Assembly: GCA_035762345.1 (NCBI GenBank)
Contig: DASTPE010000114.1
Span: forward strand, 3,501 to 67,500
Origin: Burkholderiales bacterium
Lineage (GTDB): Bacteria > Pseudomonadota > Gammaproteobacteria > Burkholderiales > SG8-39
DNA: 64,000 nucleotides
Direction: 5' to 3'
Shown here: positions 19,674 through 28,551 of the stretch, piece by piece
Numbering within the stretch: the stretch's first letter is position 1
How the letters are laid out: the number at the start of each line of letters is the position of its first letter
Made by a program: the position numbers and the translations under genes
Notes under the pieces: generated by a model
The model's input: the letters and a program-made list of their open reading frames with translations, nothing else
What the model was told of the DNA's origin: nothing
Database searches by the model: none

Positions 19674-21890
19674 ATGGCGATGCGCTTCGCGATGCTCGCG
19701 GTTGCGCTCGCCGCCGCCGCACCAGGAGCCGCGCAAACCGCAAAGCCTGCAGCCGAGGCCGACCGCACCACCATCGAAGCCGACGTCATCGAAGGCGTGA
19801 GCGACCTAGAGGTCGAGGCGCGCGGCAATGCCGAGATCCGGCGTGACGACATGAGCATCTTCGGCGAGAGCCTGCGCTACAACCGGGAGTTCGGGCGCGC
19901 CGAAGGCGAGGGCGGGGTGCGCCTGCAGCGCGGCGCCGACCGCTTTTTCGGCCCGCGTCTGTATTACAACACGCTCGACGATACCGGGGTGTTCCAGAGT
20001 CCGAGCTACCTCCTCGAGCGCGATCGCACCGCGCGCGGTAGCGCGGAACGCCTGGAGTTTCTCGGGCCGGACCGCTACCGCTTGATCAACGCCAACTACA
20101 CCACGTGCCGTCCGGGGCAGGAGGACTGGATGCTCGAGGCGAGCGAGCTCGAGCTCGATTTCGAGGAGGAAGACGGCTCGGCGGTCCACCCGCGCCTGCG
20201 CTTTTTCGACACCACCATCCTTGCTGCTCCCTACGCGGTGTTCCCGATCGGCGAGCGGCGCAAGAGCGGCTTGCTCACGCCGTACTACGCGCAAACCAGC
20301 CAGCGCGGCTTCGAATTCGGAATACCGTACTACTGGAACATCGCGCCCGAGTACGATGCCACGTTCACTCCGGTCGTCATGGGCAAGCGCGGCTATCAGT
20401 TGAAGACTGACGCGCGCTATCTCGGACGCCCCTACCTCGGAGCGTTGAAGTTCGAATATTTGCCGGAAGACCGACAGACCGGCACCTCGCGCGAAGGCGT
20501 CTCGTGGCAGCACCGGCACAATTTCCCTCGCAACGTGGTGGCGCAGGTGGACTACAACCGGGTCTCGGACGACTCTTACTTCGTGGACCTGGCGAGCACG
20601 GTGAAGCAGGTCTCGGTCGGCAACCTGCCCCAGGACGCACACGTCACCCACAGCGGCTCCTTCGGGCGCGCGCCGTATTCCGTGCAGGCGCGCGTTCAAC
20701 GCTTTCAGACGTTACAGGACCCGCTCGCGCCGATCGTCCCGCCGTACCACCGCATTCCGCAGCTCAATTTCGCCGGCGCATACAACGATCTCGCTGGCGC
20801 GTTCGATGCGGCGCTGCCGCTGGAGTACGTGCAGTTCGACCACCCGACGCTCGTGGAGGGTTCCCGTGCCTCGATGACCCCGACGTTCGCGTTGCCGCTT
20901 CTCGCCCCGGGCTGGTTCTTTGCGCCAAAGGTCGGACTGCGCTACGCCTCCTACAGCCTCTCGCTCGATGAGCCCGCTCGCACGCCGGAACTTTCGGTGC
21001 CGTGGGGTAGCCTCGACAGTGGCCTCGTGTTCGAGCGCGATTCCAGCTTCTTCGGCCCCGGCTCGATGCAAACCCTGGAGCCGCGGCTCTTTTATGTGTA
21101 CATCCCGTTCCGTAATCAGGATGCGATACCGCTGTTCGACACCACGCTCGCCGACTTTAACTACGCCCAGCTTTTCACCGAGAACCGATTCGTCGGCGGC
21201 GACCGCTTCGGGGACGCCAATCAGTTGACGCTCGCGCTCACGACGCGCTTGCTCCACGCGAACGGTCAGGAAGGGCTGCGCGCCACCGTCGCGCAGCGCT
21301 GGTACTTCGAGGACGAGCGCGTCGGCCTGACGCCGACCACGCCGCTGCGCACGGGGAAGGAATCCGACATCCTGGCGTCGGTCGGCGGGCGCGTCGGCGG
21401 GCAGTGGACCTTTGACGTAACGACGCAGTACAACCGGCACCTGCAGCGTAACGAGCGCTTCAGCACGGGGGTCAGCTACCGTCCCGAGCTCGCGAAGGTT
21501 CTGAATGCAAGCTACCGCTTCCAGCGCGAGGTGCTCGAGCAGGTGGACATCTCCGGGCAATGGCCGCTCAAGCCCGGCTGGTACGGCGTCGGGCGCTACA
21601 ATTACTCCATCCGGGACGACAAATTGCTGGAGGGCCTGGCCGGCATCGAGTACAACGCGGGGTGCTGGGTGTTTCGCGGGGTCGTCGCGCGGATCCAGGC
21701 GTCGACACAGGTGAGCTCCACGGCATTCATCTTCCAGATCGAATTCAACGGCATCGGCGCTCTCGGTACCGAGGAAGTGGTCGGGATGCTGAGACGCAAT
21801 GTGCCGGGCTACTCGGTGACAAATCCGGCCGAATCGCGGATGGCCCCGGCCGACGCGCGTCCGCGGCTTCCCTTCGACCAGGTGTATTGA
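19674..21890 (+). CDS. lptD: LPS-assembly outer-membrane protein LptD
   Basis: Signal peptide, OstA N-terminal domain, ERRKSGLLTPYY, FGIPYYWNIAP, large beta-barrel. Confidence 0.95.
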   Translation: MAMRFAMLAVALAAAAPGAAQTAKPAAEADRTTIEADVIEGVSDLEVEARGNAEIRRDDMSIFGESLRYNREFGRAEGEGGVRLQRGADRFFGPRLYYNTLDDTGVFQSPSYLLERDRTARGSAERLEFLGPDRYRLINANYTTCRPGQEDWMLEASELELDFEEEDGSAVHPRLRFFDTTILAAPYAVFPIGERRKSGLLTPYYAQTSQRGFEFGIPYYWNIAPEYDATFTPVVMGKRGYQLKTDARYLGRPYLGALKFEYLPEDRQTGTSREGVSWQHRHNFPRNVVAQVDYNRVSDDSYFVDLASTVKQVSVGNLPQDAHVTHSGSFGRAPYSVQARVQRFQTLQDPLAPIVPPYHRIPQLNFAGAYNDLAGAFDAALPLEYVQFDHPTLVEGSRASMTPTFALPLLAPGWFFAPKVGLRYASYSLSLDEPARTPELSVPWGSLDSGLVFERDSSFFGPGSMQTLEPRLFYVYIPFRNQDAIPLFDTTLADFNYAQLFTENRFVGGDRFGDANQLTLALTTRLLHANGQEGLRATVAQRWYFEDERVGLTPTTPLRTGKESDILASVGGRVGGQWTFDVTTQYNRHLQRNERFSTGVSYRPELAKVLNASYRFQREVLEQVDISGQWPLKPGWYGVGRYNYSIRDDKLLEGLAGIEYNAGCWVFRGVVARIQASTQVSSTAFIFQIEFNGIGALGTEEVVGMLRRNVPGYSVTNPAESRMAPADARPRLPFDQVY

Positions 21891-21894
21891 GAAC

Positions 21895-23184
21895 GTGAAG
21901 CGCTTTTGCCCCCTCGTCCTCGTGCTCTTCTGCCTGCCGGTCGCCGGGCAGGGCGTCATCCCGGTCGATCGCATCGTAGCGGTGGTGAACAAGGAGGTGA
22001 TCACCGCGACCGAGCTCGCCGAGGCAGTGGCGGCGGCGCAGCGCCAGCTGCGCCGCCAGAAGACGCCGCTGCCCGAACGCGGGCTGCTCGAGCGCCAGAT
22101 GCTCGAGCGGCTGATCCTCGACAAGGCCCAGGTGCAGTTCGCGCGCGACAAGGGCATTCGCATCGATGAGCAGCAGCTCGATCGCGCGGTGCAGCGCGTC
22201 CTGCAGAACAACAACATGAGCCTGGCCGATTTTCGCGCGGCGCTGGAGCGGGACGGGGTCTCGTTCCAGGCGTGGCGCGAGGACCTGCGCGAGCAGATGC
22301 TGCTCACGCGAGTGCGCGAGCGGGAGGTCGACGACCGCATCCAGGTGAGCGACACGGAGATCGACCTTTTTGTCGCCGAGTTGCAGGCGAAGCCCGACAG
22401 CCGGGTCGAGTACCAGCTTTCGCACATTCTGGTGCGCGTACCCGAGCAGGCGAATCCCGAGCGGATCGAGGCGGCGCGCGCCCGCGCACAGAAAGCGCTC
22501 GCGGAGGCGCGCGCGGGGGCCGACTTCTCCACGCTGGCGGCGAGCTACTCCGACGCGCCCGATGCGCTTCAGGGCGGCGCGGTCGGCTGGCGCAGCCACG
22601 ACCGTCTGCCGGAGATCTTTTCCAGCGCGCTCGCGCGCATGCAGCCCGGCGCGGTGAGCGAGATGCTGCGCAGCCCGGCAGGTTTCCACCTGCTCAAGCT
22701 CAACGACCGGCGCGGCGTCGCGCTCGACAACGCGCCCGTCGCGCAGACGCGCCTGCGACACATCCTCATCCGGGCGAGCGAGTCGATGTCCGAAAGCGAG
22801 GCGCTGCGACGCTTGAACGACCTGCGTGCGCGCATCGTGAGCGGCGCGGCCGACTTCGCCGAGATGGCCCGTGTCCATTCGGGCGATGCCACGGCCGCGC
22901 GCGGCGGCGAGCTCGACTGGGTCTACCCCGGGGACACCGTGCCGGACTTCGAGCGCGCCTACCAGGAGCTCAAGATCGGCGAGATCAGCCAGCCGGTGCG
23001 CACGCCTTTCGGCTACCACCTGATCCAGGTGCTGGAGCGGCGCTCGGCTGACGTATCCCCGGAACGGCGCCGGTTGCAGGCGCGGCAGGCGCTGCGCGAG
23101 CGCAAGGCCGACGAGGCCTACCAGGAATGGCTGCGCCAGCTGCGTGATCAGATCTACGTCGAGCTGCGACTGGAGGAGCGATAG
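21895..23184 (+). CDS. surA: periplasmic chaperone / PPIase SurA
   Basis: Signal peptide, SurA_N, two parvulin domains (FGYHLIQVLE); lptD-surA-pdxA-rsmA order. Confidence 0.95.
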   Translation: MKRFCPLVLVLFCLPVAGQGVIPVDRIVAVVNKEVITATELAEAVAAAQRQLRRQKTPLPERGLLERQMLERLILDKAQVQFARDKGIRIDEQQLDRAVQRVLQNNNMSLADFRAALERDGVSFQAWREDLREQMLLTRVREREVDDRIQVSDTEIDLFVAELQAKPDSRVEYQLSHILVRVPEQANPERIEAARARAQKALAEARAGADFSTLAASYSDAPDALQGGAVGWRSHDRLPEIFSSALARMQPGAVSEMLRSPAGFHLLKLNDRRGVALDNAPVAQTRLRHILIRASESMSESEALRRLNDLRARIVSGAADFAEMARVHSGDATAARGGELDWVYPGDTVPDFERAYQELKIGEISQPVRTPFGYHLIQVLERRSADVSPERRRLQARQALRERKADEAYQEWLRQLRDQIYVELRLEER

Positions 23185-24101
23185 GGCGCCCGGCCGTCGC
23201 GCGGCGCCCAGCCGTCGCCCTCACTTCCGGCGAGCCTGCGGGTATCGGTCCGGAGCTCTGTCGCATGCTCGCCGCCGAGGCGTTTGCGGCCCGGGTCGTA
23301 GTTATCGGCGACCGGTCGCTGTTCGATTCTGCGGAAGTGGAGCATGTCCCGCTGCGCCGGCCGCGCACGCCGGGCAACCTCGATCCCGCCAACAGCCGCT
23401 ACGTGCTGGAGGTCCTCGATCGCGCAATCGACGGCTGCCTCGCGGGCGAATTCGACGCCATGGTGACCGCGCCGGTGCAGAAGAGCGTGATCAACGATGC
23501 GGGCATCGTTTTCACCGGGCATACCGAATATCTCGCCGAGCGCGCGCACGCGCCGCATGTGGTGATGATGTTGGTGGGCGGTGGCCTGCGCGTCGCGCTG
23601 GTCACCACGCACCTCGCATTGGCTGAAGTTCCCCGCGCCATTACCCAAGAGCTAGTCGTGAAGACGCTGCGCGTCGTCGACGCCGACTTGAGGAAGCGCT
23701 TCCGCGTCGAGCGGCCGCGGATCCTGGTCGCGGGCTTGAACCCGCACAGTGGAGAATCCGGTCACTTCGGCAGCGAGGACCTCGAGGCCATCGCGCCGGC
23801 GGTGGCTGAGGCGCAGGCCGCTGGCATCGACGCCAAGGGCCCATTGCCGGCAGACACGATCTTTGTCCCTGCTCGGGTAAAAGAAGCCGACTGCGTGCTC
23901 GCCATGTACCACGACCAGGGACTGCCCGTTCTCAAGTACGCATCGTTCGGCCGTGGGGTAAACGTAACCCTCGGGCTTCCTTTCGTGCGCACCTCGGTCG
24001 ACCACGGTACCGCGCTCGACCTTGCCGGGACAGGCAAAGCCGATCCGGGCAGCCTGATCGAGGCAGTAAAGCTTGCCATCGAGCTCGCATCGCCCGCGTA
24101 A
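23181..24101 (+). CDS. pdxA: 4-hydroxythreonine-4-phosphate dehydrogenase (start codon uncertain; first ATG is 23265)
   Basis: ALTSGEPAGIGPEL (upstream of the first ATG), GHTEYLAE, LNPHSGE, YHDQGLPVLK, RTSVDHGTA. Confidence 0.9.
   Translation: MGRPAVARRPAVALTSGEPAGIGPELCRMLAAEAFAARVVVIGDRSLFDSAEVEHVPLRRPRTPGNLDPANSRYVLEVLDRAIDGCLAGEFDAMVTAPVQKSVINDAGIVFTGHTEYLAERAHAPHVVMMLVGGGLRVALVTTHLALAEVPRAITQELVVKTLRVVDADLRKRFRVERPRILVAGLNPHSGESGHFGSEDLEAIAPAVAEAQAAGIDAKGPLPADTIFVPARVKEADCVLAMYHDQGLPVLKYASFGRGVNVTLGLPFVRTSVDHGTALDLAGTGKADPGSLIEAVKLAIELASPA
23185..23220 (+). repeat. imperfect 18-bp tandem duplication (GGCGCCCGGCCGTCGCGC / GGCGCCCAGCCGTCGCCC)
   Basis: 16 of 18 positions identical by direct comparison; in frame with pdxA, encodes a duplicated RPAVA. 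Confidence 0.8.
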
Positions 24102-24834
24102 GCGATTCGGGCAGCATTTCCTGCACGAGCGCGGCGTGCTGGCCAGGATCCTGGACGCGATTGCGCCGTCAAGTGAAGACTTCTTCGTCGAGATCGGCCC
24201 GGGAGAGGGCGTGCTGACCGGCCTCCTATTAGGGCGGGTCAAGAAGCTTGAAGCTATCGAACTCGATCGCGATCTCGTTGCGACGCTGCAGACCAAGTTT
24301 GCCGACAAATTAGTCGTGCACTGCGCGGACGCGCTCGAGTTCGATTTCGCCCGCTTTCCGCTCGGCGTGCGGCTGGTCGGCAACCTGCCATACAACATAT
24401 CCACCCCGCTGCTATTCCACCTCACGCGCTATGCGAGCCGGGTGCGCGACCTGCATTTCATGCTGCAGCTCGAAGTAGTAGAGCGCATGGTGGCGGCGCC
24501 TTCCACACCGGCCTATGGCCGCCTGTCCGTGTCGCTGCAGGCGAGGTTCAGCATGAACAAGCTTTTCAACGTGGCGCGCGGCGCTTTCCGGCCGCCCCCG
24601 AAGGTGCAATCGGCGCTTGTGAGGATGGAGCCGCTCGACCGGCAGCTGCGCGTGGACGAGCAGCTGCTCCGCCGGGCATTTTCAGCGCGGCGCAAGATGC
24701 TGCGCAACGCGCTGCCTGAAGTGGACTTCATTGCGGTCGGAATCGACCCGCGCCTGCGGCCCGAGAATTTGTCCCCCGAGGACTACGCGCGCCTCTCGAC
24801 CCGCTCGGTCGGCCAGCATCCGCTTGTAAAGTAA
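24073..24834 (+). CDS. rsmA: 16S rRNA (adenine1518/1519-N6)-dimethyltransferase
   Basis: RKRFGQHFL, VEIGPGEGVLT, GNLPYNISTP; TTG start overlaps the pdxA end. Confidence 0.93.
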   Translation: MPSSSHRPRKRFGQHFLHERGVLARILDAIAPSSEDFFVEIGPGEGVLTGLLLGRVKKLEAIELDRDLVATLQTKFADKLVVHCADALEFDFARFPLGVRLVGNLPYNISTPLLFHLTRYASRVRDLHFMLQLEVVERMVAAPSTPAYGRLSVSLQARFSMNKLFNVARGAFRPPPKVQSALVRMEPLDRQLRVDEQLLRRAFSARRKMLRNALPEVDFIAVGIDPRLRPENLSPEDYARLSTRSVGQHPLVK

Positions 24835-24893
24835 GGGATAGAAGGAAATTCCTTCGCAACCCGGCCGCGACGAGCGAGTGGTTTGGGCAGGTT

Positions 24894-25874
24894 TCAGGGC
24901 CGTGGCTCATGCTTGCGGCTGCAAAGTGGCCCTGCAACCGGTCTTATGGCAAATACCCGCGACCAGTGCTTGTCCAGCATGAAGATCCAGTCAGAGGGAT
25001 GCCGCCGAAACAGGCGCTCGAAGCTCGCCATCCATCGCTGCGTGCCCTGCTGCAGGTCCTCCTGCACCACGTACCCTTCGTCGGCGAGGAGGGTGATTCT
25101 TTCTCCGTCCATGCGTTGGAAAATGGGGACGATCGGGACGCCGAAGCGGGCGGAGATGCGCGCCGGCCATGCCGGGCTGCTGACATGCTGCCCGAAGGCG
25201 GTAACCTCGACCGTGTCCACGCCCGGAGCAATCACGTCGGCAGTCCCGACGACGGCCATGCCCTCCCGCAGCGCGCGCGCGATGTGGCGCATGACGGTCG
25301 CGGGCGCGGTATTGCGCGAGACAATGAGCCTTGGCCCGAGCTTCTCCAGGTACTCGATCATGAGGCGAGCGCGCACGGGCTCGCGGGACTCGCGCACCAG
25401 CAGGCCCGTGGGGCAGAAAACGCCCAGCCCGGCGCTGCTGAGCACGGAGCCGGCACAGTGCGGCGTCAGCAAGATGAGCCCGGTTCGGCTAGCGCCCAAT
25501 CGCCGGTATTGTTCGGCCAGGGTCGAGTCGACGACCGTTTGGGCGACGAGCCGCTCAGAGCCATGGCGGTAGAGCCTGGCGAAATGGAGGGCGGCCGCCT
25601 CCAGGTTGTCCACCATCCTTGAGTAGATCGGCCAGGGATCGGTGCGGCCGGCGGCCTGGCAGAAAGCGCCGACCTTTCGCCGCACAGAACTGCCCGGCAG
25701 GAAATAAGCCGCCTTTGCCGCTGCGCCGATGCCGGCGAGGACCGTCCGGCTGACGCTCTCGGGTAATCCTGCCAGGTGGTAGCCGAAGCGGTGCAGCGGC
25801 ACCGCGATGGTGTCTTTGACGCGGCGAAAATGCACTTGGCGGAAATTCTGCCACGGCGCTCGGAGCGAATACAA
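24894..25874 (-). CDS. lipid A biosynthesis (LpxL/LpxM/HtrB-family) acyltransferase-like protein, start uncertain (TTG 25874 or GTG 25835)
   Basis: LLTPHCAG, ARFGVPIVPIF, RRHPSDWIFMLDKHW resemble the Lip_A_acyltrans family; ORF extension up to 26201 judged spurious. Confidence 0.7.
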   Translation of the reverse strand: MYSLRAPWQNFRQVHFRRVKDTIAVPLHRFGYHLAGLPESVSRTVLAGIGAAAKAAYFLPGSSVRRKVGAFCQAAGRTDPWPIYSRMVDNLEAAALHFARLYRHGSERLVAQTVVDSTLAEQYRRLGASRTGLILLTPHCAGSVLSSAGLGVFCPTGLLVRESREPVRARLMIEYLEKLGPRLIVSRNTAPATVMRHIARALREGMAVVGTADVIAPGVDTVEVTAFGQHVSSPAWPARISARFGVPIVPIFQRMDGERITLLADEGYVVQEDLQQGTQRWMASFERLFRRHPSDWIFMLDKHWSRVFAIRPVAGPLCSRKHEPRP

Positions 25875-25887
25875 ATCGGCGGCCCGG

Positions 25888-26084
25888 ATGGTCTTCTTCG
25901 AGCCACAGGGCCGCGACAAGAGCCTGTTCCCGCACGATCCGTTCAAGGTGATGATCGTGCCGCGGCGATCGGCTGGATCTCGACGCTGGGCGCCCGGAGC
26001 GAGCTCAACCTCTCCCCCTACAGCTACTTCAAAGCGCCGCTGAGGGAGGATCGAGTCTGTCCTGGAGTCGACCTGCGGAGCTAG
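25888..26084 (+). pseudogene. frameshifted N-terminal fragment of a flavin-reductase-family (split-barrel FMN-binding) gene
   Basis: MVFFEPQGRDKSLFPHDPFKVMIVPR (frame 1) then, after an apparent 1-nt loss near 25966, IGWISTLGARSELNLSPYSYFKAP (frame 0); recalls the PRPIGWIST...NLAPYSFFN motif; decay may continue to 26268. Confidence 0.4.
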
Positions 26085-26268
26085 CCCGGCTACCTCCATG
26101 CCGTGGTCACAGGGGAGAACACGCGCGAGAACGTCGCCGGCCGTGAACGCCGGCGGGGACATGATGGAATTCGCCGAGAACGTGGCGCTCGGCCGCGGCA
26201 TCCCGGTGCGCCTGTTCGGCGCCGTGGCCGAGGCCGAGACGTGGCTCGAGAATCCGCAGCCGCGCTGA

Positions 26269-26648
<380 letters not shown>

Positions 26649-26652
<4 letters not shown>

Positions 26653-27350
26653 CTTGTTTCCTTTAGAAGAGGTAGGGCGGCTCCGGCAAGCTCGAGGCGC
26701 TCGCGCGCGGGGAGCCAGTCCGGATAGAGCGAAGCGAGGACGCGGTAGAACCGCGCCGAGTGATTGAGCTCCACGAGGTGCGCGGCTTCATGGGCAACGA
26801 CGTAGTCCGCCAGTGCTGGCTCGACGTGGACGAGTCGCCACGAAAGCCGGATCGTTCCGTCCTCTTGGCAGGCCCCCCATTGCGTGCGTGCATTCGAAAG
26901 GGCGACCCGCGGCGCCGGCCGCCCGACCCGCGCGGCGAAATGAGCGACGCGCGGGCGCAATGCCTCGAGCGCCGCGGCTTTCAGCCATTTCACGAGCTGC
27001 GGCATGCTGCCAAAGCGCAGGGTACCGTTCTCGCGGCGCACCGGGCCGCCACAGCGCTCAAGTCGCACGCTCTTGCCGAAAAGCGGCAGGCGCTCACCGC
27101 GGGCGCCTTGCACAAGCGTCGGCCGCGGCGCGCGCGCCCATTCGTCGAGCTTGGCGAGAATCCAGCGCTCCTTCTCCCGCACGAATCCCTCGATATCGCG
27201 CCATGGCGCGCGCAGCGGCGCCGAAACCTTGAGTCCGTCGGCGTCGACCGTGATGCCGAGCGTGCGCCGACGCCGGCGCACGAAGCGGTACTCCACCTCG
27301 CGTCCGCCCAGGCGGATCAGGTGAGCGCTCTTTGCTGCTCTTCGATCCAT
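26649..27350 (-). CDS. YgjP-like M48/DUF45 zinc metallohydrolase
   Basis: C-terminal [12 protein letters not shown] (HExxH) and YgjP-type N-terminal region; ATGA overlap with gloA. Confidence 0.8.
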
Positions 27351-28021
27351 GTCTTCGCGAGCTCATTCACCGTCTCGGCATCGCGGTTGGCGGCGTCGAT
27401 CGGCGGGCCGATGCGCACGGTAACCGTGCCGGGCCGCTTGAGAAAGGCGTTGCGCGGCCAGAACAGCCCCGCGTTGTGCGCTACCGGGATCACCGGCGCG
27501 CCCGCCGAGCAGGCGAGCCAGGCGCCGCCGGGATGGTAGGCGCGCGAAGCGCCGGGCGGGACCCGAGTGCCTTCAGGGAAAACCACCACCCAGAAGCCCT
27601 GCCGCAGCCGCTCCCGGCCACGCCGGGCGATCGCGCGCAGCGCCGCCACGCCGCGCGAGCGATCGATCGCGATCGGGCTCATCAGGGCGAGTCCCCAGCC
27701 GAAGAACGGGATCCAGAGCAGCTCGCGCTTGAGTACTAGCACCTGCGGCGGGAAGATGAGCTGGAAGGCCATGGTCTCCCAGGCTGACTGGTGCTTGGCG
27801 AGGATCACGGAGGGGCGCGAAGGCAGGTTTTCGCGGCCCTCGACCCGCCAGTCGATGCGCACGATCGCCTTCGCCATGAGCACGACCAGGCGCGACCAGC
27901 CGGAGATGATGCGGTAGCGAGCCATGCGCGGCAGCGGAAAGGTAACGAGCGCAATCAGCGCGTACGGCGGCGTGATGAGCACGAGTCCCAGCGCGAACAA
28001 TGCCGAACGCACGAACCTCAC
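27317..28021 (-). CDS. plsC: 1-acyl-sn-glycerol-3-phosphate acyltransferase
   Basis: AKHQSAWET (HX4-type motif region), VVFPEGTR; GTGA overlap with gmhB. Confidence 0.88.
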   Translation of the reverse strand: MRFVRSALFALGLVLITPPYALIALVTFPLPRMARYRIISGWSRLVVLMAKAIVRIDWRVEGRENLPSRPSVILAKHQSAWETMAFQLIFPPQVLVLKRELLWIPFFGWGLALMSPIAIDRSRGVAALRAIARRGRERLRQGFWVVVFPEGTRVPPGASRAYHPGGAWLACSAGAPVIPVAHNAGLFWPRNAFLKRPGTVTVRIGPPIDAANRDAETVNELAKTWIEEQQRALT

Positions 28022-28551
28022 GGAGCGAGCTGCGCGGCGAATGCCGCTAGATCGGGAAACACGCGCGTTCCAGCCGGCAGCTTGCCGGCGTCGCGGGCCT
28101 GCGTCCCCTTGCCGGTGAGCACAAGCACCGGCCGCGCTCCGGCTGCGGCGGCGGCCTCCAGGTCGCGCTGCGTGTCGCCCACCATGTGTGTCTGCTCGAG
28201 CGGGACGTTGAAGCGCCGTGCCACTTCGAGCAGCATCCCCGGCTGCGGCTTGCGGCAATGGCAGCCCGCTTCCGGTGCGTGCGGACAGAAAAAAAACGCG
28301 TCGATGCGTCCGCCGTGCTGGGCGAGCGCGCGCAGGAGCGTGTCGTGGATCGCAAAGAGGGTGCGTGTGTCGAATAGCCCACGCGCGATTCCCGACTGGT
28401 TGGTCGCCACGACCACGCGGTAGTCGGCCTGCGTGAGCCGTGCGATTGCCTCCAGGCTACCCTTGATCGGGTGCCACTCTTCAGGCGACTTGATGTAATC
28501 GTCGCTGTCTTCGTTGATCGTACCGTCGCGGTCCAGAATGACGAGCTTCAT
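28018..28551 (-). CDS. gmhB: D-glycero-beta-D-manno-heptose-1,7-bisphosphate 7-phosphatase
   Basis: ILDRDGTIN HAD motif I, VATNQSGIARG, CHCRKPQPGML, MVGD. Confidence 0.93.
   Translation of the reverse strand: MKLVILDRDGTINEDSDDYIKSPEEWHPIKGSLEAIARLTQADYRVVVATNQSGIARGLFDTRTLFAIHDTLLRALAQHGGRIDAFFFCPHAPEAGCHCRKPQPGMLLEVARRFNVPLEQTHMVGDTQRDLEAAAAAGARPVLVLTGKGTQARDAGKLPAGTRVFPDLAAFAAQLAP

Noticed and set aside
20712-23019. 606-aa and 424-aa minus-strand ORFs opposite lptD/surA
   Set aside because: No recognisable domains, and the composition is typical of antisense GC-rich frames. lptD and surA are unambiguous.
24843-24858. Short hairpin GAAGGA-AAT-TCCTTC after rsmA
   Set aside because: Only 6 bp with a 3-nt loop and no U-tract, which is too weak to call a terminator.
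25875-26201. N-terminal extension of the LpxL-like ORF (Met codons at 26201, 26162 and about 26081)
   Set aside because: The extension has no family similarity, LpxL-type N-termini fit a TTG 25874 or GTG 25835 start, and the opposite strand carries a recognisable (decayed) flavin reductase reading frame.
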